A stretch of DNA of 64,000 nucleotides from an uncultured delta proteobacterium (GCA_963785725.1 CAWAWS010000007.1:608001-672000); one strand, 5' to 3'; shown: positions 16,369 through 26,654, counted from the first letter of the stretch. Notes: generated by a model not told the origin, from the sequence alone. Program-made: numbers and translations.

Positions 16369-18872
16369 CTCTTCGCGGTCGGCCGTTGGAACAGCAGCGT
16401 CAAGAGCGCGGGCAAGATCGCGAAGGCCGCGCAGAGACAGAGCAGCACGGCCAGCGCACCCGACAGGCCGAGCAGCCGCAGGCCGTCGAAGCGCGCGACC
16501 GCCAGCCCCGCGAAGCCGGCCATCGTCGACAGCGACGTCAGCACGATGGCGCGACCGGTCGTCGCCAACACGCGTCCGGTGCCGGCTTCGGGCTCGGCTT
16601 GATAGCGGTGCACGAGGAAGATGTGATCGTCGATGCCGTAGCCGATGACGAGCGGCACCGACAAGAGGTTGTAGAGGTTGAGCGGCAGCTTCAAGATCGC
16701 CAGCGCCGCCGCGAACAAGATCCAGGCGAGCAACAGCGGCAACATCACCGCCAGCCACGGACGCCAGCGACGATAATAGACCGCCAGCAAGAGCGCGACG
16801 GCCAGGCCGCTGACGAGCGTGACGTGCAGCGTGTCGCGTTGCAAGAGCGAGAGCAGCGCCTCTTCCAGCACCGGCGCGCCGGTGACCACGCCGTCGGCCG
16901 GTCCGCGCGCGAACGCCTGCAGCGCGGCGATGACGGCGGCTTCGCGCTCGGGCGCCGGATAGACGTAGGTGGCGACGGCGCGACCGGCGGCGTCGTCGTG
17001 AACGTGGGCGCGCACGAGGAAGCCGAGCTCGCGCGCGGCCGGGTCGTCGAGCGTCAGCGGCGCCGGACCGCCGGCGAGCTGCCGCAGGAACGCGGCGAAG
17101 GGCGCGACGTCGAAGCCGGCGTCGCCGAGCGCGCGCTCGAGCCGCGCCGCGCCGGCCACGCCGTCGGCGCGCACCAGCGCCGCGCGCCGCATCTGCTGCG
17201 TCTCCAGCGACGGAAACAGCGCCGCCGTCGAGGAGTAGCTGCGGATGAGCCCGGCGCGCCGTAAGCGTTCGACCTCGCCCAGCCACAGGTCGCTCCGCTT
17301 GAGCGCGCGCTCGCGGTCGGCGTCCTCGACGAGCACGATGAGCGCGCGATCGCGCTCGCCGAAGCGGCGCTCGAGCTCGGCCTGCACGCGCACCGGCGGC
17401 ATCGACTGCGGCTGCGACAAGAGGCGGCGATCGAAGCGCGCGCGCCAGGCCAGCGGCGTCGCCGCCAGCGCCAACAGCGCGCCGACGACGAGCACGCGGC
17501 GCGGGCGGCGACCGGCGTAGCGGCCGATGAAGCCGAGGATGCCGTCGCCGTCCGCCGCGATCGGCCGCTTGTCGGCGTGCGCCCACCAGCGAAACGGCAG
17601 CGCCGCCAAGAGCGCCGGAAACACCGTCAGCATCGCCAGCCAATTGAAGACGAGACCGATGCCGGCGAGCACGCCCAGCTCGGCCAGGCCGCGATAGTCC
17701 GAGAGCGCGCAGGCGAAGAAGACGGCCGCCGGGCCGAGCGTCGCCGTCAGCGACGGGCCGGCGAGCGTGGCGATGGTCGTCTCCAGCGCCGCCAGCGGCG
17801 GCCGCCGCGTCAGCTCCTCGCGCAGCCGATTGTAGAGCTGAATCGGCAGATCGATGCCGATCGACACGAGGATGGTCCCGAAGGCCAGCGACACGGCGTT
17901 GATGCGACCGTAGAGCAGCTGCGCCGCCGCCGCCGTCCACACCAAGCCGACGAGCAGCGGCAACGCCACGAGCGGCAGCGCGCGCACGGCGCGAAAGAAG
18001 AGCCCGAAGAGCACGAGCACGGCCACGCCCGACAAGATCGTCGACAGCTGCATGTCGCGATGGAGCCAGTCTTGATAGAACATCCAGAAGGCGCAGGCGC
18101 CGGTGAAGGCGACTTCGGGCTGTTGTGTCCCGCCGTGCAGCTGGCCGTCGGCGGCGACGCGCGCGCCCAGGCGCTGCGCCAGCGTCGTGGCGCCGGCGAT
18201 GAGCGCGCGATCGGCGGCGTAGTTGCTCGTCGGCGCTTTGGGGCGCACGTAAATCAGGAGCGCCTTGCCGTCGGCCGAGCGGAAGTAGCCCGACTGCGCG
18301 TCGACGGGTAGGCCATGCTGCAGCCGCTCCGACAGCTTCGGCAGGAGCTGCAGCGGATCGGCGGTCAAGATCGGCGCCAGCGACGAGCCGCCGGGCGCGG
18401 CCAAGAGCGAGCGCAGATGGCGCACCTGCGTGTCGACGGCGCCCGGCTGCAGGCGCGCGGCGGCGAGCGCGATCTCGTCGTCGCTGAGCAGCGCCAGCAG
18501 GTGGTCGCGCAAGAGCTCGCCGGTCGCCGCCGAGACGCGCCAGCGCACTTCGGCCACGTGCGGCGCCGTCTCGGGCGCGGTCGTCAGCGCGGCGGCGAAG
18601 TCGTCGGCGAACTGCGTCAGCCGCGCGCCGTCGTCGCCCTCGACGAGCACGAGCAGCATCTGCTCGGCCACGAACGACCGCGAGAAGCGCGCGAACGCCC
18701 GCGCCTCGACGCTGCGCTGCGGAAACAGGTCGACGACGTCGGCGTCGATGCGCAGCCGAATCAGGAGCGGGACGAGCGCCAGCGTCGCCACCAACGCCAC
18801 GACGAGCGCGCGCCCCGGGCGCGACACCAGCGTGACGGCAAGGCGCGACGAGGGCACGCGCGCATCATGCAT
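16365..18872 (-). CDS. MMPL/RND family lipid exporter
   Basis: Two-repeat topology with many TMs; SIGIDLPIQL and GYGIDDHIF motifs; TGRAIVLTSLSTMAGF. Confidence 0.85.
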   Translation of the reverse strand: MHDARVPSSRLAVTLVSRPGRALVVALVATLALVPLLIRLRIDADVVDLFPQRSVEARAFARFSRSFVAEQMLLVLVEGDDGARLTQFADDFAAALTTAPETAPHVAEVRWRVSAATGELLRDHLLALLSDDEIALAAARLQPGAVDTQVRHLRSLLAAPGGSSLAPILTADPLQLLPKLSERLQHGLPVDAQSGYFRSADGKALLIYVRPKAPTSNYAADRALIAGATTLAQRLGARVAADGQLHGGTQQPEVAFTGACAFWMFYQDWLHRDMQLSTILSGVAVLVLFGLFFRAVRALPLVALPLLVGLVWTAAAAQLLYGRINAVSLAFGTILVSIGIDLPIQLYNRLREELTRRPPLAALETTIATLAGPSLTATLGPAAVFFACALSDYRGLAELGVLAGIGLVFNWLAMLTVFPALLAALPFRWWAHADKRPIAADGDGILGFIGRYAGRRPRRVLVVGALLALAATPLAWRARFDRRLLSQPQSMPPVRVQAELERRFGERDRALIVLVEDADRERALKRSDLWLGEVERLRRAGLIRSYSSTAALFPSLETQQMRRAALVRADGVAGAARLERALGDAGFDVAPFAAFLRQLAGGPAPLTLDDPAARELGFLVRAHVHDDAAGRAVATYVYPAPEREAAVIAALQAFARGPADGVVTGAPVLEEALLSLLQRDTLHVTLVSGLAVALLLAVYYRRWRPWLAVMLPLLLAWILFAAALAILKLPLNLYNLLSVPLVIGYGIDDHIFLVHRYQAEPEAGTGRVLATTGRAIVLTSLSTMAGFAGLAVARFDGLRLLGLSGALAVLLCLCAAFAILPALLTLLFQRPTAKS

Positions 18873-18926
18873 GAAACCGTCCGCCGGCGCGACGTCCGCC
18901 GCCGATTATGTGCGATATTCGAGGAT

Positions 18927-21900
18927 TTACAGCGGCAGGCCGAGCGAGCGCTTAGCCGCGAACAGCTCTTCGGTGACGCTCGACCAGACGAGATCGAGCA
19001 GCCGCTCCGTCGGCGCCGCGGCGCCGGCCGGCTGACCCTCGGACGCGACGAGCCGCGCGCAGCTCTCGAGGTCGCCGCCGAGCAACAAGCCGGCGCGGTT
19101 GCCGGTCAAGTCGGTCGCCCGCAGCCACGCCAGCGCCGCGTCCTCGGCGCGCGTGTTGGCCTCGCGCAGCTTGAGGCCGATCGCCTTGACCTGCTCCAGC
19201 TGCGGCGCCGGCAGCGCCTTGTCCAGCGCCGACGACAAGCGCAGCCCTTCGATGCTGACGCTGTTGTCGCCGGCGAGCGCCATCGCCGCCTCGATGACGT
19301 TGCCGATCGGCTGCGGATGCGGCATCGCCAAGCGCAACAGCCGCTCGGGACGCAGATGCGCCGCCTTGCGCGCCAGCTCGAACACTTGGTCCGGCTCGCG
19401 TCGCTTGTCGCCGACGAGCGGGCCGCCCAAGATGAACACGGGCACGAGCTCGCGCCCATCGATGCAGTTGGCGTACACGACCGCTTCGCGCTGCTCGGGC
19501 TTGACGTGCGCCTCCGGCAGCGGCACGTCGAGCGTCGTCGCGACGTAGGCGAGCGCCTTGGTGAACGACCGCTCCGCCGTGCCGACGGCGTCTTTGCGCA
19601 TGAGGCCAAACGCCTTGTGCGGCTGCGCCTGACCGGCGACGACCGTCGGCCCTACGATGGCGAAAAGCAGATCGAGCAGCCGATCTTCCTCGGGATGCAC
19701 GACGCGCGTCCAGCCATCGTCGCCGAGCACGCGCCGCGCCGTCGCAAACGGCAGCTCCTTGTGCGCCGCCACCTTGCGCTTGTCGTCGGCTTCGCCCTTG
19801 CGCAGGAACTCGAGCGCGTACGAGCAGGCGATCGACTTGTCGCGCTCGTTCGTCTGGATATACAGGTGCTTCAGCGAGCGATAGGACAGGATGCGATTCT
19901 TCTCCTGCCGCAAGATCAGCTGATGCTCGACGATCGCCTGATCGAACTGATGCGCCTGCACGCTGACGTCGGCCAGCCGCTTGTGCCGCTCCAAGTTGTT
20001 GCGATCGAAGGCCAGCGCCACTTCCAGCGCCGCGCGACCGGCCTCGAGCTCGCCCAGCTCGTTGACGCAGAGCTCGCCGAGCGCCGTCCAAATGCGCAGC
20101 CGCTCGGGATTCTTGCCGTCGGGCGCATCGGGGCCGAGCTGCTTCAGGCGACGACGATAGAGCCGCGCCAGCTCCTTCGGATCTTTTTGCTGCCCGAGGA
20201 GCTGCTCGAGCGCTTGCACCGCGCGCTCCAGCGCCGGATCGTCGTCGAGCGCGTCGCGCAAGAAGGCGACGGCGTCGTCGGGACGATTGAGCTCGTCGCG
20301 GCAGATCATGGCCGCCGCCTGGCGATATTTGGCGCGCACCGCGTCCACTTCCTCGCACGCGATGAGCCGCTGCAGCATCTCGAGCGCTTGCGGCCACGCG
20401 CGATCTTCGACATAGGCGTCGAGGCAGCGGTGCAAGAGCTTGTGATCTTTCGGCCGCAGCTCCAGCGCTTCGGCCCAGGCGCCGATGGCGCGGTCGGGAT
20501 CGCCGAGCGCGTCGCGATGGAGGTCGCCGATCTCGCCCAAGAGGCGGATCTGCTCGTCGACGGACGCGCCGACCAAGAGCGCGCGCTTGGCTTCCACCAG
20601 CTGCGCCGGCTCGTCGGCGAACAGCTGCGCCTGCAGCAGCAGCGCCGGCCGATAGGAGGGGTCGACATCGAGCGCCGACTTCAAGAACTCGCGCGCCGAC
20701 TGCTTGGCGCCGAGGTGCAGCTCGCACGCCGCCAGATCGCCGAAGAGCGCGGCCTTCTCGGCTGTCGGCAGCTTGTCGACGTGGTGCTGGAAGACGCGCT
20801 CGAGCGAACGCAGCGCCGCCGCCCATTGACCGGTCGCGATCAAATGATCGGCGTGTCCGCGCTGCGCCTGCAGGTGGCTCGGGTCGAGCTCGGCCGCGCG
20901 CGCCCACGCTTTGGGCGCCTTGTCTTCGAAGCCGGCGGCCGTCGCCGCTTGCGCCAAGCGCGCAAAACGCTCGACCTGATCGGGCGCCTCCGCCGGCTTG
21001 CGCGTCAGCATCTCGAGCACGGGGACGAGCTCGTCGTGACGCTCGGCGCGCCACAAGAGGTCGGCCAAGTGCGCGCCCGCTTCGTCATGCTCGGGATCGA
21101 TGGCCAGCGCCTGCTGGTAGAGCTCGATCGCCGGCTCCGTCTGCTCCACCGAACGATACAGATTGCCGGCGTCGACGAGGAGCCGCGTCCGCTCGAGCCG
21201 ATTGGGCGTGTGCTGCACGGCCTCGACGAGCAGCTTGGCCGCGCGCAGCTGGCCGCCCGCTTGCCGATGCAGCGTCGCCAACGCCGTCAGCGCCGGCACG
21301 TGCGTCGGCTCGAGCTCGAGGACGCGCTGGAAGTGCGTCTCGGCCGCCGCTTTGTCGTCGAGACGCGCCGCGCACAGCTCGCCGGCGCGGAAGAGGTGCG
21401 CGATCTGCTCCGCGCGATCGGGCGTCAGCTTGGCGCGCTTTTCCAGCAGCGAGACCGTCGAATGCCAGGCACCGGTCTCGTCGTAGATGCGGGTCAGCTC
21501 GGCCAACGAGCGCGTGTGCAGCTCGTCGGCGCCGAGCGCCAGCTGGTAAGCACCGACGGCGCCGTCGACGTCCATGAGCTCGTGCTCGTGAATGGCGGCG
21601 ATGTCGGCGTACAGCTCGGCCTGCGTCTGACCCGTTGCCGTCGCGGCGCGGCGACGCAAGATGTCCGCCAGCTGCGACCACTGCCGCGTCTGGCGATGCA
21701 GGCGTTCGAGCGCCGTCAAGGCATCGGTCGCATCGGGCGCGACGCCGAGCAGGTTCTCCCACCAGTCGGCGGCGGCCGCGTTGCCGTCGGCTTCGAGCTC
21801 CCAGGCTTGCGCCAAGCGGCGATAGAGCACGGCCCGTTCGGCGTCGAGCGGCGTCGATTCCGCCTGGCGCGCGAGGTTGGCCAAGAAGTCGGCGTTGCGG

Positions 21901-24632
21901 CCGGCGGCGCGATAGAGCGGCTCCAGCAGGCGCAACAGCTCGAGGTCGTTGGGCGCGTGCTCGACCAGCGCCTCATAGCGGACGATGGCACCGGCGACGT
22001 CGCCGAGCTTCTCGTGCGCCAACGCTGCGGCTTCGCGTCGCAGCATCGGCGCGTCGTCGAGCCCGTCGGCGGCCAGCTCGTCGAGCGCGCGCAGCATGTC
22101 GGCCCAACGCTCGGCCTTGCGATGCAGCGGCGCGCGCACGGCCGCCGGCAGCGCCGCGACCGGTCCGAGCTCGCGGATGACGTCGTCCCAGCCTTTGGCG
22201 GCGTTGGCTAGCCGCTCGATCTCGTGCCAATCGGCCTGCGCCGGCTCCTCTTTGTAAGCGGCGAGCAGCGCCGTCAAGGCGCGCTCGGCGTCGTCGGCTT
22301 CGTACTCGAAGATGCGCGCCACCGACAGCAGCATCTCGGCGCGGCGCGCCGGCGTCGGCTCGATGGCGACGCGGCCGAGCAGGAGCTCGACGAGCGCGTC
22401 GTGATCGCCGCGCTCGCGCAGCTCGTCGCAGATGCGATCGAGGTGCGCCGCGGCGCCGAGATCGGTCGGATCGGCCGCCAGCACGCCGAGCCAGCCGTCG
22501 CCGTCGTCGTCGGACGGACGCTCCGGCGCCACCGCCAGCGCCTCGTGCACGCCGAGGAGCAGCTGATCGATGTCCTCGGCGGCGAGCACGCGAATCCGCC
22601 AGCTCGCCCACAGCTCGTCGCGCTCGATGACGCCGAGACCGGGCAGAATCGCGTAATGCGTCAGCTCGGTGCGCGCGCCCGTCAGCAGCCGCTCGACGAG
22701 GATCTGGAAGTCGAGATCGCGCGTATCGAAGCCGACGAACAGGAACGAGCGCGTGCGATAGAGATCGTGCAAGGCCGCGCGCAGCTCACCGTCGGACAGC
22801 GCCGCTTGCAGCTCCTCGTTGGACCACAACAGCGTCTCCGGCCGGCGCGGATCGCCGAGCGCGTGCAAGACGAACGGCTTGGTGTCGGCGCGCAGCGCGG
22901 CGGCGTCGTAAGGCGTGTAGCGGCCGCGCGTCGCGCCGTCGGCGAGCTGGCCGAGCGCGCGATCGAGCGCGTCGTCCCAGGTCGTCGTCACCGCGGCGCG
23001 GAAGGGCAGCGCGGCGAGCAGGCGAATGCGATCGCTCTCGGCATCGGCGCCGTCGAGCACGGTGGCCAGCGCGGTCGGCAAATCCGCGCCGAGGCGGCGG
23101 CGAATGAACGCGGCGGCGGCGAGCGGACGCGACGCCAGCACCGTCTGCGCGGCTTCGGCCTCTTCGTCGGGCAGGAGCTTCGCCAGCTGCGCCAGCGTCT
23201 CCTGCAGGCTCGACTGCCCGGCGGCGATGCGCGAACCGGCGCACAAGACGGAACGGCCGGCGCGCAACAGCTCCGCCAGCTCCTGCGCTTCCGTCGTGGT
23301 CTCGGCGTCGGCTTCAGCGGCGACGGCTGGCGCGTCATGCGCGACGCTCGGCGCGATAGGCGCGTCCGCCGCATCGGGCGCTTCGATGGCGGGCTCGACG
23401 TCCGCCGCATGGGCTTCGATCGCCGCGTGCGCATCGTGCGCTTCGATGGCGGGCTCGACATGGGCTTCGATCGCTGCGTGCGCATCGTGTGCGTCGTGCG
23501 CTTCGATGGCGGGCTCGATATGGGCTTCGATCGCCGCGTGCGTGTCTGGTGCATCTGGCGCTTCGATCGCCGGCTCGTGCGCGGCCAGCGGCGCGACGGC
23601 CGCGTCCGCAACGGCCGGTTCGGCGACGGGCGCAACGACCGGCTCGACCGCGGCGGGCGCGGCGATCGCCGCCTCGACCGGCGCGCCGGCGACCGGCGCG
23701 GTGGCGGCAAGCGCCAATTCCGCGGCCACGACCGCCGCTGTATCGGCGTGCGGCTCTAGAGCTTCGACCGCCGGCGCGGCGTGCTCGACCGCCGCTTCGG
23801 CTTCGGCATTCGCGGCGTCGATCTTCTCGAAGTCCATCGTGACTTCCACCGACTTCGGGCGCGCCTCGAGCCCGGCGTCGTCGGGCGCGCTCGGCCGCGG
23901 CATGCTCGCGATCGGCTGAATGATCGTCTGCGAGCCGGCGTCGTCCGCCAGCTCCGTCGGCGCCGCGACGGCGACGGCATCCGGCGCCGGCGCGATCGCG
24001 TGCGGCTCGCTCGGCGCCGACCACTGCGACGCCAGCTCGTCGATCGCCTCGGCCGCCGCCACGCGCGGCACCTGCCCGGTGTCACCGAACGCCGCATATT
24101 CGAGCGCTTCGGCATCGGCGGCGTCGGCGCCGCCAGTCGCACGGGCACGCGCGAGCGCGGCCGCCCACGCCGCCTCTTCCTCGGGCGTCGGTGCCTCTTC
24201 GTCGACGGCAGCCGCGGCCACCGGCGCCGGCGCGGCGGACGAAATCACCGGCGGCGGCGCCGCGACGGGCGCGGCCACGGTCGGCGCGACCAACGACTGC
24301 GCGGCGTGTGCGCGAGCGAGCGCGGCTGCCCACGCCGCCTCTTCTTCGGGCGTCGCCTCATCCTCTTCGATCGCCGGCTCCGGCGCATGCGCCGGCTCGA
24401 TCGCGGCCGCTCCGGCGTGTGCGCGCGCGAGCGCCGCGCGCCACGCGGCCTCTTCCTCGGCCGACTCCGGCTCTTCGACGACCGGCGCCGTGGCGTCGGC
24501 GGGCTTTTCCAGCGTCGCCATCAGATTGGTCGCCCACACGTCCGACGGCAGCTCGGCCGTGGTCGCGCCCACGTCGCCGCGATGCGGCCGTGCGCCGCCC
24601 TCGGTCGAGGCCTCATAGTCGTCCAAGTCCAT
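18927..24632 (-). CDS. Giant multidomain protein: low-complexity N-terminus, SIR2-like domain, TPR array, myxobacterial C-terminal domain
   Basis: SIR2_2-like segments (AVTTTWDD, FVLHALGD, SFLFVGFDTRDLDF) at about 22560-23280; many TPRs; C-terminal NRAGLLLGGDL; GGAGG RBS. Confidence 0.85.
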   Translation of the reverse strand: MDLDDYEASTEGGARPHRGDVGATTAELPSDVWATNLMATLEKPADATAPVVEEPESAEEEAAWRAALARAHAGAAAIEPAHAPEPAIEEDEATPEEEAAWAAALARAHAAQSLVAPTVAAPVAAPPPVISSAAPAPVAAAAVDEEAPTPEEEAAWAAALARARATGGADAADAEALEYAAFGDTGQVPRVAAAEAIDELASQWSAPSEPHAIAPAPDAVAVAAPTELADDAGSQTIIQPIASMPRPSAPDDAGLEARPKSVEVTMDFEKIDAANAEAEAAVEHAAPAVEALEPHADTAAVVAAELALAATAPVAGAPVEAAIAAPAAVEPVVAPVAEPAVADAAVAPLAAHEPAIEAPDAPDTHAAIEAHIEPAIEAHDAHDAHAAIEAHVEPAIEAHDAHAAIEAHAADVEPAIEAPDAADAPIAPSVAHDAPAVAAEADAETTTEAQELAELLRAGRSVLCAGSRIAAGQSSLQETLAQLAKLLPDEEAEAAQTVLASRPLAAAAFIRRRLGADLPTALATVLDGADAESDRIRLLAALPFRAAVTTTWDDALDRALGQLADGATRGRYTPYDAAALRADTKPFVLHALGDPRRPETLLWSNEELQAALSDGELRAALHDLYRTRSFLFVGFDTRDLDFQILVERLLTGARTELTHYAILPGLGVIERDELWASWRIRVLAAEDIDQLLLGVHEALAVAPERPSDDDGDGWLGVLAADPTDLGAAAHLDRICDELRERGDHDALVELLLGRVAIEPTPARRAEMLLSVARIFEYEADDAERALTALLAAYKEEPAQADWHEIERLANAAKGWDDVIRELGPVAALPAAVRAPLHRKAERWADMLRALDELAADGLDDAPMLRREAAALAHEKLGDVAGAIVRYEALVEHAPNDLELLRLLEPLYRAAGRNADFLANLARQAESTPLDAERAVLYRRLAQAWELEADGNAAAADWWENLLGVAPDATDALTALERLHRQTRQWSQLADILRRRAATATGQTQAELYADIAAIHEHELMDVDGAVGAYQLALGADELHTRSLAELTRIYDETGAWHSTVSLLEKRAKLTPDRAEQIAHLFRAGELCAARLDDKAAAETHFQRVLELEPTHVPALTALATLHRQAGGQLRAAKLLVEAVQHTPNRLERTRLLVDAGNLYRSVEQTEPAIELYQQALAIDPEHDEAGAHLADLLWRAERHDELVPVLEMLTRKPAEAPDQVERFARLAQAATAAGFEDKAPKAWARAAELDPSHLQAQRGHADHLIATGQWAAALRSLERVFQHHVDKLPTAEKAALFGDLAACELHLGAKQSAREFLKSALDVDPSYRPALLLQAQLFADEPAQLVEAKRALLVGASVDEQIRLLGEIGDLHRDALGDPDRAIGAWAEALELRPKDHKLLHRCLDAYVEDRAWPQALEMLQRLIACEEVDAVRAKYRQAAAMICRDELNRPDDAVAFLRDALDDDPALERAVQALEQLLGQQKDPKELARLYRRRLKQLGPDAPDGKNPERLRIWTALGELCVNELGELEAGRAALEVALAFDRNNLERHKRLADVSVQAHQFDQAIVEHQLILRQEKNRILSYRSLKHLYIQTNERDKSIACSYALEFLRKGEADDKRKVAAHKELPFATARRVLGDDGWTRVVHPEEDRLLDLLFAIVGPTVVAGQAQPHKAFGLMRKDAVGTAERSFTKALAYVATTLDVPLPEAHVKPEQREAVVYANCIDGRELVPVFILGGPLVGDKRREPDQVFELARKAAHLRPERLLRLAMPHPQPIGNVIEAAMALAGDNSVSIEGLRLSSALDKALPAPQLEQVKAIGLKLREANTRAEDAALAWLRATDLTGNRAGLLLGGDLESCARLVASEGQPAGAAAPTERLLDLVWSSVTEELFAAKRSLGLPL

Positions 24633-24665
24633 GACGCCTCCAGCGTTCGTAGGGTCCTACACTGA

Positions 24666-24681
24666 AGCAAGCCATGGGCCG
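24666..24681 (-). promoter_or_regulatory. Putative sigma-54 promoter for the SIR2-TPR gene
   Basis: Minus strand CGGCCCATGGCTTGCT fits GG-N10-GC with a TTGCT -12 box, about 33 nt upstream of ATG 24632. Confidence 0.45.
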
Positions 24682-24941
24682 TCACCGACGCTGCGGAGTG
24701 GTGTGCGCAGTGTGCCGAAACCCGCGTACGGAGGGCAGTTTCCCGGCTGTACACAATCGGTTGCGCCCGACGGGGGCACAGGCCCCGGTGCATCTTGCGG
24801 CGACCGCGGGGCGATTGGCCGCGCCCGCACGATCCCGCGAGCCGGCCCGCGCGCTCGCCCGCGGCGCAATGAAGGGCGAGCCTCGAGATTCCACCGTTTT
24901 TCCCGCGGCGGCCGTCCCGTTTGCGCGACGGTTTTACGGCC

Positions 24942-25853
24942 TCAGTCGTCGCGCTCGCTGACGATGATGGCGCGCAGCGTCTGCCGCAGCCACACGTGCG
25001 CCGGATCGTCGTCGAAGCGCGGATGCCAGGCCTGCGCGATCGCGAACGTCGTCTGCGCGACGGGCAGCGGCGCCATCCGCAGGCCGAAGCGCGCTGCCGC
25101 CGCCCGCGCCACACGTCGCGGCACGAGCGCCAGATAGTCCGTTTGGCTCGCCAGCCACAGCGCCAACAGATACGTCGGAACCACGGCCGCGACGTGGCGC
25201 TCGAGGCCGCGCGCCGCCAGCCGCTCGTCGACGATGCTGCGTACACGACCGCGCCGCGAGACGACGACGTGCGGCGCCGCCAGGAAGCGCGCCAACGTCA
25301 GGCGCTGCCGACCTGACGTCGCGACCGGGCCGCGCGCGCGAAAGACGCACACGATGCGCTCGCGATACAGCGTCTGCACGCGAATCTCCGGGCCCAGCTC
25401 GCCTTGCGCGCCGATGTCGAGGTCGACGTCGCCGTCGCGCAGCGCCGCCGCGTCCTCGTCGCCCTCGGCCACGAAGCGCAAGAGCACGCGCGGCAGCTCG
25501 CGCGCCGCCCGCCGCGCCAGCTCGCGGCCGAGCGCGCCCACGATCGTGTCGTTGGTGCGGATGGTCAGCGTGCGCCTAAGCTTCGTCAGATCGACCGGCG
25601 CCGGCGGCGCCAACAGCCGCTCGGCGCGCGCGACGACGGCGCGCACCTCGTCGCGCAAGGCCAGCGCCCGCGGCGTCGGCACCAGCTTGCGTCCGGCGCG
25701 CACCAAGATCGGATCGCCGACGGCGTCGCGAATGCGGCTCAACGTGCGGCTCATCGCCGGCGCGCTCAGGTGCAGCCGCTTGGCCGCTGCGGTGACGCTC
25801 TGTTCGGTCAGCAGCACGTCGAGCGCCGGCAACAGGTTGAGATCGAAGCTCAC
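24942..25853 (-). CDS. LysR family transcriptional regulator
   Basis: DLNLL...SVTAAAKRLHLSAPAMSRTLSR...GDPILVRAGR HTH followed by a substrate-binding domain. Confidence 0.95.
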   Translation of the reverse strand: MSFDLNLLPALDVLLTEQSVTAAAKRLHLSAPAMSRTLSRIRDAVGDPILVRAGRKLVPTPRALALRDEVRAVVARAERLLAPPAPVDLTKLRRTLTIRTNDTIVGALGRELARRAARELPRVLLRFVAEGDEDAAALRDGDVDLDIGAQGELGPEIRVQTLYRERIVCVFRARGPVATSGRQRLTLARFLAAPHVVVSRRGRVRSIVDERLAARGLERHVAAVVPTYLLALWLASQTDYLALVPRRVARAAAARFGLRMAPLPVAQTTFAIAQAWHPRFDDDPAHVWLRQTLRAIIVSERDD

Positions 25854-25860
25854 CGGCGGA

Positions 25861-25897
25861 TTGCATCACGCGCAACTATGGATTGCAATCGTTGCAC
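25861..25897. promoter_or_regulatory. LysR-type operator pair
   Basis: TTGC-N7-GCAA (25861-25875, contains T-N11-A) and TTGC-N7-GCAC (25883-25897), between the divergent LysR and methyltransferase genes. Confidence 0.65.
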
Positions 25898-25955
25898 TAA
25901 ACGTCATGTGTCGCGTTCGCTAGGCTGAGGGCAACTAGGACTTCAAGGAGCCCAC

Positions 25956-26630
25956 ATGAGTCGTCATTCTCTCGAATCTCCGGCGGTGGTGGCGACGTTG
26001 GCGCGGCTGTTTGCGGCGGCCGAGGCCGGCGATCCGGCGGCGGTGGCGCGGGCGCGGGCAGCGGCCGCGGCGCGCGGCGCGCCGATGTCGGACAGCGATC
26101 CCGACGTGGCGGCGGCGCTCGGTGACGCCTTCATCTCGGTGGCGCCGGCGGTCGGGCGGCTCTTGTACCTGCTGGCGCGCGCCAAGTCGCGCCCGCTCAT
26201 CGTCGAGTTCGGCACGTCGCTGGCGATCTCGACGATTCACTTGGCGGCGGCGGCGCGCGACGCCGGCGGGCGCGTCATCACGGCCGAGCAGGAGCCGCGC
26301 AAGATTGAGCGGGCGCGGGCGCATCTGGTCGAAGCCGGGGTCGCCGACCTCGTCGAGCTGCGCGCCGGCGACGCGCTCGAGACGCTGGCCGACCTGCCCG
26401 CGCCCATCGACTTCCTGTTCTTGGACGGCTGGAAGCGGCTGTATTTGCCGCTCCTGCGCGTGGTCGAGCCGCGCTTGGCGCCGGGCGCGCTCGTGGTCGC
26501 CGACGACACGCTGCGCTTCGCCGACGACCTGCGCCCGTTCCTCGAGCACGTGCGCGGCCAGGACAACGGCTATGTCGCGATCGAGATGCCGATGGACGAC
26601 GGGCTGGAGCTGGCGATCCGCACGATCTAG
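25956..26630 (+). CDS. Class I SAM-dependent O-methyltransferase
   Basis: IVEFGTSLAIST, GDALETL, DFLFLDGWK; AAGGAG RBS. Confidence 0.9.
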   Translation: MSRHSLESPAVVATLARLFAAAEAGDPAAVARARAAAAARGAPMSDSDPDVAAALGDAFISVAPAVGRLLYLLARAKSRPLIVEFGTSLAISTIHLAAAARDAGGRVITAEQEPRKIERARAHLVEAGVADLVELRAGDALETLADLPAPIDFLFLDGWKRLYLPLLRVVEPRLAPGALVVADDTLRFADDLRPFLEHVRGQDNGYVAIEMPMDDGLELAIRTI

Positions 26631-26654
26631 ACGTTCGCGAGGCCGTGCGGCGCG

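Noticed and set aside
18315..22211. 1298-aa plus-strand ORF, and similar long antisense ORFs (7772-10078, 28820-30904, 49636-51045, 53940-55964)
   Set aside because: They mirror recognisable genes on the other strand; stop-poor shadow frames are expected at this GC content and they carry no family motifs.
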